A program made the position numbers and the translations under genes. From positions 451,212 to 515,211 of the forward strand of contig CP064975.1 in assembly GCA_016699425.1 (NCBI GenBank): DNA of 64,000 nt. Direction: 5' to 3'. A model generated the notes under the pieces. The model worked only from the letters and a program-made list of their open reading frames with translations, had not been told where the DNA came from and did no database searches. Positions 46,946-57,361 of this stretch are shown in pieces (the stretch's first letter is position 1; every line of letters begins with the position of its first letter). The DNA comes from Candidatus Moraniibacteriota bacterium. Lineage in GTDB: Bacteria; Patescibacteriota; Minisyncoccia; Moranbacterales; UBA1568.

Positions 46946-47443
46946 AGGCTGCACTCTCTTGAGAAGCACTAATACCCTCCAGTTGACGCGGTGGGCCGGC
47001 AGATCGCATTGCTCGACATCGCATGCCAGAAGTTTAGTCTGTTCATGCCGCTCGAACTCTTCCGGGTATTCGCCCTGTCGTTCGCGGAGTTTAGTCGAGG
47101 AATCAAATACCAGGGCCTTATCAGCCCAGATAAAGTAATCTCCATGGATCGCTGACCAAGCCAGAATCGGGTAACATCTGAAATCCGGGTCCTCGACGAG
47201 GAAGGTCATCCCGGAGCTAGGTTTTATCCCGAATCGCTTCTTGAATCGAGCGAGTTCCTGGTATGCCTGACGGTGATTGCTCGATGGTTTCGCGTCTTGG
47301 ATCAGAATAATCCGCCGTAACACAAGCTCTTGTGGTTGGAGGACTACGTCCTCGAGGCGTCCGAGCGAAGCCCCTTGTTGATTCGTAGAGTCTCCGGGCG
47401 AAGCGCCACGAAGACGGAGGTGTTCCGGCAGTGGCGCGTTCAT
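46937..47443 (-). CDS. hypothetical protein
   Basis: 168-aa ORF. No motif recognised. Confidence 0.4.
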   Translation of the reverse strand: MNAPLPEHLRLRGASPGDSTNQQGASLGRLEDVVLQPQELVLRRIILIQDAKPSSNHRQAYQELARFKKRFGIKPSSGMTFLVEDPDFRCYPILAWSAIHGDYFIWADKALVFDSSTKLRERQGEYPEEFERHEQTKLLACDVEQCDLPAHRVNWRVLVLLKRVQPGG

Positions 47444-47608
47444 CGGTCATTCTCCAAGGTGAAAACAAGAGTGGTTGGTAAAGAGCAAGAAAATAATAGT
47501 ACATATCAACAATTCTGTCAAGACCGAAAGATATGCACACGTTATCTCCATTGAAGCGAGGCCCGATACCCGGTAGAATAAAGACCTGATACTGATTCCC
47601 TTGTTGCT

Positions 47609-48979
47609 ATGGCCAAATCTTCCCCCACCCCAGAACACGTGCGCATCCCGCCGCATAATCTCGAAGCGGAGCAGTCGGTCCTGGGTTCCCTCATGCTTGA
47701 TAAGGACGCCATCATCAAGATGGCTGATATCGTGAAGGTCGGCGACTTCTACAAGGACGACCACAACCGCATCTATGAGGCGATGCTCGGGCTGTACGAG
47801 GAACGCGAACCAATTGACGTCCTCTCGCTCGCCAACCGCCTCGAGGAAAAGAAGACCCTCGAAGCTGTCGGTGGTTCGGGCTATCTCGCCTCGCTCGTCA
47901 ATGCCGTCCCTTCGGCCTCCAATATCGTCCACTACGCCAAGGTCGTCCAGAAGAAAGCGCTTCTCCGTCGGCTCATCGGTGCTGCCTCGCAGATCGTCGA
48001 GATGGGGTATGACGATGCCGAAGACGTCCAAGCGGTGCTCGATGATGCCGAGCAAAAGCTCTTCGCAATCTCTCAGAAATACATCAAGCAGGACTTCATC
48101 CCGATCAAGTCCATCCTCGAGGCGGCCTTTGATCGGATCGACGAGCTGCACAAGAACGACCATTCGCTGCGCGGCGTCCCGACACACTTCCCTGATCTCG
48201 ACAATATCTTGGCCGGTCTCCAAAAGTCTGACCTCATCATCATCGGCGCCCGTCCTGCGGTCGGCAAGACTTCTTTCGCCCTCGACATCGCCCGCCAAGT
48301 CGGCGTGTATGCCAAGATCCCCGTTGGCATCTTTTCCCTCGAAATGGGCGCAGACCAGCTCATTGACCGCATGCTCGCCGCCCAGGCAGGTGTTGATTTG
48401 TGGCGCCTTCGCACTGGCAAACTCGGAAGTGAGGGGCCCGGCAATGACTTTGAAAAGCTCTCGGACGCGATGGGTGTTTTGTCCGAAGCCCCGATCTTCA
48501 TCGATGATTCAGGCTCGCTCAATATCATGGAGATGCGCACTATGGCCAGGCGTCTCCAGGCCGAGCACAAACTTGGACTCATCATCATCGACTATCTCCA
48601 GCTCATGGAAGGTCGCTCGCGCTCGGGTGACAATCGTGTCCAAGAAATCTCGGAAATTTCACGCGGACTGAAGCAGCTCGCTCGAGAGCTGAATATCCCC
48701 GTCATCGCGTTGTCTCAGCTCTCTCGGGGGATCGAATCCCGACCCGATCAACGACCGAAGCTCTCTGACCTGCGTGAATCCGGTTCCATCGAACAAGACG
48801 CCGATGTGGTCATGTTCCTCTTCCGAGAGGACCGAGTCCGTCCTGATACGCCAAACAAGAACATCGTCGATATCATCATCGCCAAGCACCGTAACGGCCC
48901 CGTCGGCCAAGTCCAGCTCTACTTCGAGGACAATGCAACATCATTCAAGTCCCTCGAGCGATCCCGCGAGGGACAGTAG
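47609..48979 (+). CDS. dnaB: replicative DNA helicase DnaB
   Basis: Walker A GARPAVGKTSFAL. DnaB motifs (SLEM, IIDYLQLM). No intein. Confidence 0.9.
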   Translation: MAKSSPTPEHVRIPPHNLEAEQSVLGSLMLDKDAIIKMADIVKVGDFYKDDHNRIYEAMLGLYEEREPIDVLSLANRLEEKKTLEAVGGSGYLASLVNAVPSASNIVHYAKVVQKKALLRRLIGAASQIVEMGYDDAEDVQAVLDDAEQKLFAISQKYIKQDFIPIKSILEAAFDRIDELHKNDHSLRGVPTHFPDLDNILAGLQKSDLIIIGARPAVGKTSFALDIARQVGVYAKIPVGIFSLEMGADQLIDRMLAAQAGVDLWRLRTGKLGSEGPGNDFEKLSDAMGVLSEAPIFIDDSGSLNIMEMRTMARRLQAEHKLGLIIIDYLQLMEGRSRSGDNRVQEISEISRGLKQLARELNIPVIALSQLSRGIESRPDQRPKLSDLRESGSIEQDADVVMFLFREDRVRPDTPNKNIVDIIIAKHRNGPVGQVQLYFEDNATSFKSLERSREGQ

Positions 48980-49081
48980 ACCATCCTGATGTCGGAAATA
49001 AACCGTTTCCGCTACAATAGAAGACAAAAGCTGCTTATTGTCCCCAATTTTTCATTTTGATTTTTCAGTTTTCCATTTTCT

Positions 49082-49672
49082 ATGCGCTACCCAAAGGCCT
49101 TTGAATCCCTCATTACGCATTTTTCTAGCCTCCCCTCCATCGGTCCCAAGATGGCGGAGCGGCTCGTCCTCTATCTCTTCAAACAGGATGAGGCCAAGCT
49201 CGTCGCCTTTGCCGAAAGTCTCGAAGGCCTGAAGCATCTCTCGAGCTGCCGTGAGTGTTTCTATATCTCCGAGGCCGAGCGCTGTGGGTTCTGCAGCGAT
49301 GCCTCGCGTGATCGCGCCACTATCTGCGTCGTGGAGGAGCCGCTTGATGTCATCGCGATCGAGAGGACCGGGAGCTATCATGGCCAGTACCATGTCCTGG
49401 GAGGGGTCCTCGATGCTGGCCGTGAGGACGCGACACTGCGCATCTCTGAGCTCTTGGACCGCCTCGCGAGCGGGGTGGTTCAAGAAGTCATCCTCGCCAC
49501 CAACCCCACGACCGAAGGCGATATGACCGCGTACTTCCTGAAATCCAAACTCGTCCATCTCCCCGTAAAGGTGACCCGGATCGCCCGCGGCATGGCCACC
49601 GGCGGCGATATCGAATACGCCGACGAAGTCACGCTCACATCGTCCTTGACAAATCGTCAGGAACTAGTATAG
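49082..49672 (+). CDS. recR: recombination protein RecR
   Basis: HhH (LPSIGPKMAERL). C4 zinc finger (CRECFYISEAERCGFC). Toprim domain. Confidence 0.9.
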   Translation: MRYPKAFESLITHFSSLPSIGPKMAERLVLYLFKQDEAKLVAFAESLEGLKHLSSCRECFYISEAERCGFCSDASRDRATICVVEEPLDVIAIERTGSYHGQYHVLGGVLDAGREDATLRISELLDRLASGVVQEVILATNPTTEGDMTAYFLKSKLVHLPVKVTRIARGMATGGDIEYADEVTLTSSLTNRQELV

Positions 49673-49737
49673 TAGATCGTCATTGTTTGTTTGACAACTT
49701 TTTCTCACACCACCCACTCAAGCCAAAGGAGGCAATC

Positions 49738-50250
49738 GTGGACAAGACTCTCGACCCATCCATATCGTCAGCCGATCAGATGATCACCTTGAGGAAACCT
49801 GAGCTTGAACAGGTATTACCGCACCGTGGCAACGCATTACTGATCGAAAGGGTAGACATCTTCCCTTCCCAGGGTCTCGCTATCGGCTTACTCAGATTTG
49901 CCGCTGCTGAAAACGATCCCGTTTTCACCGGCCACTTTCCTGACAACCCAATCATGCCGGGACACTGGCTGGTCGAGTTCGCTAGCCTCACGTGCGCCGT
50001 CCTCTTCACTGTTTCGAGCGGCATCCCGATCACCGGAACGACCGGTGTGCGTATCGTGGGTCTGGATGGTTGCCGTTTCCTCTCCGAGGTTCATCCATGG
50101 ACAGCACTCACGTGTACGGCAAAGCTGGTTAAGCACCGTAACAGCATAGCGGTGTTCCGGGCAATGATTGGAAATACGTATACTGCGGTGTGCCGAATTG
50201 AGAAACTGACCGGGATGATCGTCAAGGAGCGGACTCTCGGCAGCAGTTAG
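49738..50250 (+). CDS. FabZ/FabA-like hotdog-fold dehydratase
   Basis: Start chosen at GTG 49738, 6 nt after AAGGAGG. The listed ORF starts at 49687. Motifs LPHRGNALLIERV and HFPDNPIMPG. Confidence 0.6.
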   Translation: MDKTLDPSISSADQMITLRKPELEQVLPHRGNALLIERVDIFPSQGLAIGLLRFAAAENDPVFTGHFPDNPIMPGHWLVEFASLTCAVLFTVSSGIPITGTTGVRIVGLDGCRFLSEVHPWTALTCTAKLVKHRNSIAVFRAMIGNTYTAVCRIEKLTGMIVKERTLGSS

Positions 50251-50295
50251 TAATAGCGAGAAACTCGACCTCAACCCGCAACCTCAGCCAACGAA

Positions 50296-50324
50296 AAGCC
50301 CGCACAGGAACAACTGGCGGGCTT
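50296..50324 (-). terminator. possible terminator hairpin downstream of rplU
   Basis: AAGCCCGC...GCGGGCTT stem. Only a weak T tract on the minus strand. Confidence 0.35.
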
Positions 50325-50354
50325 TCAACTTTCTCTTGAAACGAAGGCGGGTCT

Positions 50355-50660
50355 TTAGGCGGAGATCTTCGTGATCTCGACAGCCGTGTAATCCTGACGA
50401 TGCCCATAGCGGGTCATTTCACGCTTCTTGGCCTTGTGGCGGATGCCGGTGACTTTGGCATGACGACCATGAGCGACGACTTTGCCCTCGACATGGGTCT
50501 TCAACGCCGGCGTACCGATAGCGACGGACGTCTCATCCCCCGTAAACAGAGTTTCAAATTTTAGGATATTGCCGACTTCCGCCTCGAGCTTTTCGACTTT
50601 GACGATATCGCCCTCAGCGACTTTGTACTGCTTCCCACCGGTTTTGATAACAGCGATCAT
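50355..50660 (-). CDS. rplU: 50S ribosomal protein L21
   Basis: MIAVIKTGGKQYKV...GEKVKV.. is a typical L21 N-terminus. 101 aa. Confidence 0.9.
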   Translation of the reverse strand: MIAVIKTGGKQYKVAEGDIVKVEKLEAEVGNILKFETLFTGDETSVAIGTPALKTHVEGKVVAHGRHAKVTGIRHKAKKREMTRYGHRQDYTAVEITKISA

Positions 50661-50750
50661 AGGTCTCGAAAAATTGATACTGTCTGAGTATAGCCTGAAC
50701 CGAGGTGGCTGTCAACGCTCCGAAATGGCTACAACGTCTACTACAAAGGC

Positions 50751-52551
50751 CTAAGTCAGGATTGCCTTCACTCGACGCACTCCGGCCGAAGAGGCTTCTT
50801 CCTTGGCGATCCGGAAGTGTCCAAAGGCCGCGATCTCAGCAGTTGTCCCAACATGTGGCCCACCACACAGCTCCTGTGAATACACGTTGCCATCCGGTCC
50901 TGTGACCCGATAGACAGTCACTTTTTCCGGGTATTTCTCCCAAAAACTCCCCTCCACTCCGGCAGCTTTGGCCGCACCCTTCTCCATGATGGTCGTGCCG
51001 ACGGTTGCGCCAGACCCGATGGCCTCATTCACATATGCCTCGACCCGATCGAGCACCTCACGCGGGACTTTTTCAGGCCACGTGAAGTCGAAGCGCGTGC
51101 GTTCCTCGGTGATATTCGATCCAGCCTGATGGACGTCATTCCCAAGTTCCCGACGTAACCCGGCGAGCATGAGATGCGTCGCCGTATGCAGTGCCGTCAC
51201 TTTGGCGCTATGGTCCGCCAGCCCGCCTTTGAATTTCCCCGCCGAAGCTGTCCGCGAAAGGTCTTGATGTTCTTTGAATGCCTCACGAAAAGCGCGTTCG
51301 TTAACCTCGATACCCCGCTCCTGTGCAATCTCTATCGTCATTTCGAGCGGAAACCCATACGTGGAAAAAAGGACAAAGGCATCTTCCCCAGAGAGGCTGC
51401 CGAGCGACAAGCGCCGCTCTAATTCTCCCAAACCTTTTCGTAGGGTCTGTCGGAATTTTTCTTCTTCCACTCGGATAACCGTCTCTATTTCTGCTTGTTG
51501 CACGAAGATACTCTCGTATACCCCCCGGTACGGGACCAGGGCCGGACCAACCAGGCTCGAAAGGCTTCCCGATTCAATACCCAACACATCCCCATAGCGC
51601 ACCGCTCGGCGAAGCAGGCGACGCAAGATATAGCCCTGATCGGTATTGGATGGTCGCACACCATCACCGATGAGAAAGATCGCCGTTCGAAGATGGTCGG
51701 CCACGATACGGCTCGCCCGGATATCCTCTCGGGCACTCGCTTCTTTCAGTGTCGCCATGAGGTGACTGAAGAGATCAGTATCGAAAATATTGTCCTTTCT
51801 CTGGGCAGCCATGACCATACGCTCGAGCCCGCCACCCGTATCGACATTCTTCTTTGCGAGTTTCCCGATCACCTTACCGTCCTTTTTCTTGTATTCCATG
51901 AAGACATCGTTCCAGATTTCGACAATCGCTTGAGCCTCATCGGCCTGCTTATATTCTTCCAAAGTCAGGTCGCCCAGACCCTCGGGAGTGACATCGTAGA
52001 ACATCTCGGAATCCGGACCACAGGGACCATTGTCACCCGGGCTCCACCAATTCGGCTCCTTACCTGACGGTTCCGCAGCCAGAAAATAGATGCGTTGCTC
52101 TGGGATGCCAATCGAGCGCCAGACATTAAACGCTTCAGTATCTCGAGGAGCATCAGCGTTGCCTGCAAAGACCGTGACATAGAGTCGCTTTGGGTCGAGG
52201 CCGAGTCCCTCCTCTTTTGAAGTGAGGAATTGATAGCTCCAACGAATGGCCTCCTTCTTTGAAATAGTCTCCGAGTGACCAATTGCCGAGCATTTCAAAA
52301 AACGTATCATGCGTCTTGTCACCCACTTCATCGATATCCTGCGTCCGAACGCATTTCTGGGCATTGGTCAGTCGGACACCAGCCGGATGGGGTTCGCCCA
52401 AGAGGTACGGCACGAGTGGCTGCATCCCGGCGGTATTGAAAAGCACCGAAGGATCATTTTCGGGGACGAGCGGCGCTGACGGGAGAATGACGTGTCCCCG
52501 GGCCTCAAAAAACGCTAGGAAACGTTGTCGGATATCTTGCGAAGTGGGCAT
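50751..52551 (-). CDS. alaS: alanine--tRNA ligase (short form without C-Ala domain), reading frame interrupted by a single-nucleotide frameshift near 52250-52257
   Basis: The N-terminal ORF (52153-52551: ...[15 protein letters not shown]) and the main ORF (50751-52364: ...[11 protein letters not shown]..., editing HTATHLM, CGGPHV) are contiguous in AlaRS. Deleting one G from GAAGGAGGCC restores ...GDYFKEEAIRW... Confidence 0.75.
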
Positions 52552-52569
52552 ACAGTCAATTCTCAGCGA

Positions 52570-52794
52570 CTAACGGAGGGTTTTATCGATACCTTTCTTG
52601 ATATCACGGGACAGCTGCCAAGGCAACAGACGCTCGATCTCGGCCAAAGCGCCCGGAACATCGATCGAACGTGACTCAAATTTCCGGCCAATAGCGCGGA
52701 TCGAGGAACGAAAGAAACTGTTATCCTCTTTCTTAGCGTCTGGACTTTTCAGGATCTCGGCCATGACTATTTTGACAAATTGATCGCTTTGCAT
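52570..52794 (-). CDS. hypothetical small protein
   Basis: 74-aa ORF upstream of alaS. Confidence 0.3.
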   Translation of the reverse strand: MQSDQFVKIVMAEILKSPDAKKEDNSFFRSSIRAIGRKFESRSIDVPGALAEIERLLPWQLSRDIKKGIDKTLR

Positions 52795-52799
52795 ACGGT

Positions 52800-53078
52800 C
52801 TATTTCTTTTTGTAAGAAGAGCGCTTCACCCGGATGATCTCAGCTTCGACATCCTGGGCTTTCTGCAAAATCCGGTTTCGATCTGCCTTCCGAGACTCGA
52901 GCGCAAACGTGCGATCAGCGATGTCCTTCTCCATCATGCGGATCTGTGCATCCAATTCTTCCGACTGCCGCTTGAAACGAGATCCATCAGACTGGAGTAT
53001 GAAGATTTCATTGTCGAGGCGACGCCGGGAGGACCGGTCTGCCTGTGCTTTCTCATTGACGCTCTCATCATCTGGCAT
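52800..53078 (-). CDS. hypothetical coiled-coil protein
   Basis: 92-aa ORF with a charged heptad-like sequence. Confidence 0.3.
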   Translation of the reverse strand: MPDDESVNEKAQADRSSRRRLDNEIFILQSDGSRFKRQSEELDAQIRMMEKDIADRTFALESRKADRNRILQKAQDVEAEIIRVKRSSYKKK

Positions 53079-53090
53079 AGCGGTGAAGGG

Positions 53091-55019
53091 TTATTCGTTA
53101 TCGGCTTCCATGAGATGTACAACCACTCGCTCAGCATCATCCGGAATAGTCGCGATAAACACTTTCGGTTTAAATTCGACTTGGAGCCGTTTGATCTCTG
53201 GATGGTCAGCCAAATATGTCCGGATCCCGCTCTCATTGAGTCCGAGGAGCCCCTGCTTTATGGTCGCGGCCTCGAGCGGAGCACGGAAGAGAACTTTGCT
53301 CTCGACCGTCAGATCGACCCGTTTGGATTCAAAATTCGGCAACACCGTTCCATAATTCACATCATACTGGTATGGGCGCAGGACGACACCGCCGGACTCG
53401 GTTGTCTCACGATCGATGATATTCTTGACGGCTGACTCCATGATAATGAAGCCTTTTACTTGAAAGCGGGCTTCATAATCGAACGCTTCTCCCGCCGCGG
53501 AACCGGTGGCGGGTGCTGTCGGCGTGCCGATAAGACTGGTCTGGAAAGAGGGCTCGAGAACGGATTCACCGGACTTGAGCGTGCTGGCGACCCCTTCGAA
53601 AACCGTTTGCTTCGCCTGCTCAGCCGCTGCCGCCTTTGCACTTTCGAGATCGGTCTCACTCACGCTCCGAGCCGCTGTCGCCACGCCATCACTCCCACCC
53701 GTGAAGGCCCCTTTTACTTCAGCGGTGATCTTCTCAAACTTTGGACTCCCCTTGAATCCCGGGATCGAGAAGGTACCGGACGAGATATTATATTTCGTCC
53801 CAGCACTATCCGCCACGACCCGAGCCTCAATCTTCCCTGGCACTGTTTTTCCATCTTCCGACTTCGTTCCTGGGACGGTCACGCCTCCTACCAAGCGATA
53901 GAGCCGGCCATCGGGCAATTCGAAGCGCGTCGTTGCGACGAGCGACTGGGACACTTCGCTGAATGTATTGGTGATGGTGATGGTGCCACCCGCCTTTGCC
54001 CCGGCTCCCGTGTCTTGACCGGTTGCCTCACGCGCGAGCCGGACGGTCTTCTCCTCTTCGACATACCGAACCGGGATGGCCGATGACCCACCGTCGATGG
54101 TCCCAAAGAGCGAAAGCTTCACCGTCTGTGTAGCCGTCTGCGGTTCGACAGCGATAATTGCTTCTGGCCGGAGGAAAAAATATCCGGCAAACACCGCGCC
54201 GATTAGGACCGCGCCACCGATGACTGTCAGCCAGAGTTTGCGCACCCCCTTTGATTCTGTCGGTCGAGCAACAGAAGATGTCGGAGTAGCTGATACCATC
54301 TGTCGGGGCGGAGTCATCACCGTACTCACCCCCGCGACTCGTCCCTCAAAAAGCCGCCGAAGTCTTTCCTTTTTCTCTGACTCAGCGCGCTCGACCCGAT
54401 CCTGATCAGTCGGGATTGCCACTGGAGATGGCTTCGGTTCCACCGTGGGCGTTACTGGCCGCTTTACCGTCTGTTGCAGAGAATTCAAGGCCGTCAGGAC
54501 CGGCGGAGACGCATTCCGCACTCGCAACGCCTGACGGCGAGGCTCCGACACGATCGGGCGTTCCGGCAGCGTGTTCACAGATGGTTCGGCGCGGCGCGGT
54601 GGCGCGGTCGCAATCTGTGTCGCCGCTCCGTAGAAATTCGCGCTCCCGATTTCACTCGAACGCCTGAGTCCCTCGCGTGTTTCGGCGGGTTCGGGCATCG
54701 GAATCGATTCACCATGCCGGACTGTGAACCGGGCCGAGGCCTCAGAACGGTGCTGACGCAGGGCAGCGTCCTGGTATTCCTGGACCCGGAGGCCGGCTTT
54801 CTCGGCGAGCCGCATGCCCTGTTCGTCTTGGGTCATGATAATCACCGTTTTCCCTAGTTTTTCAGCTTCGCGCCCCAAAAGTTTCAAATTGATAATACTC
54901 TGGAGAATGAGCGCGCGCTTCGGCAGGACGAAGATATTCTCACGATCACCTGACTTCCGGAGACGACTCACTGCGCTGATGATCTCTTCGTCGATCTCGA
55001 TGTAATGGGTTTCGGGCAT
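53091..55019 (-). CDS. large hypothetical protein with cytoplasmic N-domain, Pro-rich linker, TM helix and extracytoplasmic domain
   Basis: 642-aa ORF immediately downstream of ftsA. TM segment LWLTVIGGAVLIGAVFAGYFFL. No catalytic motif. Confidence 0.45.
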   Translation of the reverse strand: MPETHYIEIDEEIISAVSRLRKSGDRENIFVLPKRALILQSIINLKLLGREAEKLGKTVIIMTQDEQGMRLAEKAGLRVQEYQDAALRQHRSEASARFTVRHGESIPMPEPAETREGLRRSSEIGSANFYGAATQIATAPPRRAEPSVNTLPERPIVSEPRRQALRVRNASPPVLTALNSLQQTVKRPVTPTVEPKPSPVAIPTDQDRVERAESEKKERLRRLFEGRVAGVSTVMTPPRQMVSATPTSSVARPTESKGVRKLWLTVIGGAVLIGAVFAGYFFLRPEAIIAVEPQTATQTVKLSLFGTIDGGSSAIPVRYVEEEKTVRLAREATGQDTGAGAKAGGTITITNTFSEVSQSLVATTRFELPDGRLYRLVGGVTVPGTKSEDGKTVPGKIEARVVADSAGTKYNISSGTFSIPGFKGSPKFEKITAEVKGAFTGGSDGVATAARSVSETDLESAKAAAAEQAKQTVFEGVASTLKSGESVLEPSFQTSLIGTPTAPATGSAAGEAFDYEARFQVKGFIIMESAVKNIIDRETTESGGVVLRPYQYDVNYGTVLPNFESKRVDLTVESKVLFRAPLEAATIKQGLLGLNESGIRTYLADHPEIKRLQVEFKPKVFIATIPDDAERVVVHLMEADNE

Positions 55020-55035
55020 ACGCTCGCTGGCAATT

Positions 55036-56301
55036 TTAATTTTTGTCTATCGACTCCATGCTGCGCTGCAAGATACCTGTCAGAATCGGTTCTTCATCAA
55101 GGGCATTCAAGAGTGCCAGGTGAGCGAGGCCCATCGGCGTGATGTCCTGGGGATTGTTGAGCTCACCAGTTTCGTCAACGATACGCGTGATATCGTGCGG
55201 TTGGAGAAATCCAATCTGTGGCGGTTTCGAAAAGGGCAGATTTTTCGCCCAGTCGCCAGAAGCGAGCGACTGCTTGATCCCAGGAAGTCCCGATCCGCCA
55301 CCACACAAGAAGATCTTCGAGGGCATAAAGTCCGTCTCTGCAAACTCGAGAAGTGAAAGCTCGACGCCAGCGAGCCAGACCCGGCAATCATCGGCGAACA
55401 ATGCATTGATCCGCTCCATATCATCCGGCCTCAGCTGTCCGTTGGCGTAATCGATCTTCATCCGTTCCGCCACATCAAATGCCACTTGGTATTCCTGGGC
55501 GAGCCGCTTGGTGAATGCGCGTCCACCGAGCGCAAACATCTTTGTCCCTTCCAAGCCGCCATTCCGGACGACCGCGATGTCCGTCGTCCCGCCGCCGATA
55601 TCGATGAAAATAGCACTGAAATCAAGCATGTCCTCGACTTCGACTGAGCGCGCTACGGCATACGGTTCAGCGACGATCGAGAGCAGGTCGAGATCGAGTT
55701 CGTCCGAAATCGTCTCAATCGCACCGAGATGAGTGAGCGGCGCATACGCATTGAAGACACTCATTGAGACCTCGCGCCCCTGAAAATTGAGCGGATTCAG
55801 GACGCGGTAGCCGTCGATGCGGACGTCGACGATGGCGGCATTGATGAGTTTGATCTCGATCTCTTGGCCTGTTTCCCAGACGAGCTGTTTCTTGATCCGT
55901 TCCAACGCCTTCTCCTGAACCTTGCTGATGATCATCTTGAGCTCGGGCATGCCGATCTTGATCTCGGAATTCACACGCTCATAGTGAACCGTAGTGGTCG
56001 TTCCTTTCACAAGTTCACCGGCGATGCCGATGATGCTTTTTTCGACGCGTTTGATCCCGCACGCCGCTTTGGCGATCTCGATCGCTTCACGGGCCGAACC
56101 GATGACTCCTCGGATATCAGATACTGCCCCGCTCTGCATATTACCGACCTTCTGCCGGGCGCGACCGACGCCGATCACTGTCCCGCGTCGCTGCTCATGA
56201 TCGACACGAAAAACTAGCGCTTTGACCACTTCCGTGCCGATATCAAGCGCCAAAAACAGCTCATCCTGATGCTTCCACGGTAAACGTGAAAAAAGTCCCA
56301 T
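55036..56301 (-). CDS. ftsA: cell division protein FtsA (actin-like ATPase)
   Basis: Actin-fold phosphate motifs (LALDIGTE, IDIGGGTTDIAVV). Confidence 0.8.
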   Translation of the reverse strand: MGLFSRLPWKHQDELFLALDIGTEVVKALVFRVDHEQRRGTVIGVGRARQKVGNMQSGAVSDIRGVIGSAREAIEIAKAACGIKRVEKSIIGIAGELVKGTTTTVHYERVNSEIKIGMPELKMIISKVQEKALERIKKQLVWETGQEIEIKLINAAIVDVRIDGYRVLNPLNFQGREVSMSVFNAYAPLTHLGAIETISDELDLDLLSIVAEPYAVARSVEVEDMLDFSAIFIDIGGGTTDIAVVRNGGLEGTKMFALGGRAFTKRLAQEYQVAFDVAERMKIDYANGQLRPDDMERINALFADDCRVWLAGVELSLLEFAETDFMPSKIFLCGGGSGLPGIKQSLASGDWAKNLPFSKPPQIGFLQPHDITRIVDETGELNNPQDITPMGLAHLALLNALDEEPILTGILQRSMESIDKN

Positions 56302-56327
56302 AACGCGCAGTCTTTTCCTCTAGTATA

Positions 56328-57344
56328 TCACCGAGCGGCCAAAAGTGTCGCATGGATATGCTTCCCGTAATCCTCCGCCACGGTCTGATCCAAAAGTCCC
56401 GTGCTCGCGCCATATGATCCGACGACGCTCCCCGCATTGGCCATGCCATAGCGCAGACACTTTTCAATCGAGTAATGGTACAAGTAGGCCGAAAAAAAGC
56501 CTGAGCCGAAAGCATCCCCTGCCCCGGTCGTGTCGACCAACCCGTGTGGTTCATAGATGTCGCCGTGCCAGATCTCTTGGCCGTCATACACCCAGGCGCC
56601 GCGCTTGCCGTCGGTCAGTGCGACGACCGAGGGACCGAACCCGTGCAACGTTTGAATGAGATAGCGTTCATCATTCAAACGTTCGGGTTGACTCTCGACG
56701 CCACCCGCCAGAAGGAGTTCGAGTGCTTCATCCTTATTCAGAAACAACGCTGCGACATGGGGCAAAGTTTCGAGCAACAGTCGCGGATCCTCTTTCAAAT
56801 TATGCTGTCCGGGATTGAGCGCAATCCTCACCCCGGAACGCTCGGCGACATTCAAAATGAGTTTCAAGTTTTCCTTCCACGCACCGTTGAGCGCACTGAT
56901 ATAAAACCACTCGTGCGAATGTAACTTACTCTCTTCGAGTCGAAGCTGTTCATTGGCATCTCGGTTGTGGAAAATAATCCGGTCCCCCGTTGTCTGCACG
57001 ACGACAATGGCCGACACGTCCGTACTCACAGCCCGGTCGATATCCACCGTATCGGTTTGAACGCCCGCCCCCCGCAAGGTTCGGAGGATCCATTCACCCG
57101 TATCATCCGCACCGATCTTGCTGTACACAGCGGCTTCGTGCCCCATCTGAGCCAAGCCTTGTGCGACATTGGCCGCCACTCCGCCGACGGCTTCGACGCG
57201 CTCGCGACACAGGAATTTCCCACCCAACTCAAAAGCGACCTTGGTCTGCGATCGCAAATCCTCGGGGGTTTCGATGATTACCCCCTCATCAGTCGGAAAA
57301 AAGATATCTTTTGAAGCAGACCCGATGCACAGGACTCGATCCAT
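56328..57344 (-). CDS. PfkB-family carbohydrate kinase (ribokinase-like)
   Basis: N-terminal GG motif region. C-terminal DTTGAGDAF anion-hole motif. Confidence 0.7.
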   Translation of the reverse strand: MDRVLCIGSASKDIFFPTDEGVIIETPEDLRSQTKVAFELGGKFLCRERVEAVGGVAANVAQGLAQMGHEAAVYSKIGADDTGEWILRTLRGAGVQTDTVDIDRAVSTDVSAIVVVQTTGDRIIFHNRDANEQLRLEESKLHSHEWFYISALNGAWKENLKLILNVAERSGVRIALNPGQHNLKEDPRLLLETLPHVAALFLNKDEALELLLAGGVESQPERLNDERYLIQTLHGFGPSVVALTDGKRGAWVYDGQEIWHGDIYEPHGLVDTTGAGDAFGSGFFSAYLYHYSIEKCLRYGMANAGSVVGSYGASTGLLDQTVAEDYGKHIHATLLAAR

Positions 57345-57361
57345 AGACTGAAAATTTGATG

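Noticed and set aside
47447-48298. 283-aa minus-strand ORF and the 298-aa ORF at 47775-48671
   Set aside because: They overlap dnaB in other frames, and dnaB motifs are definitive.
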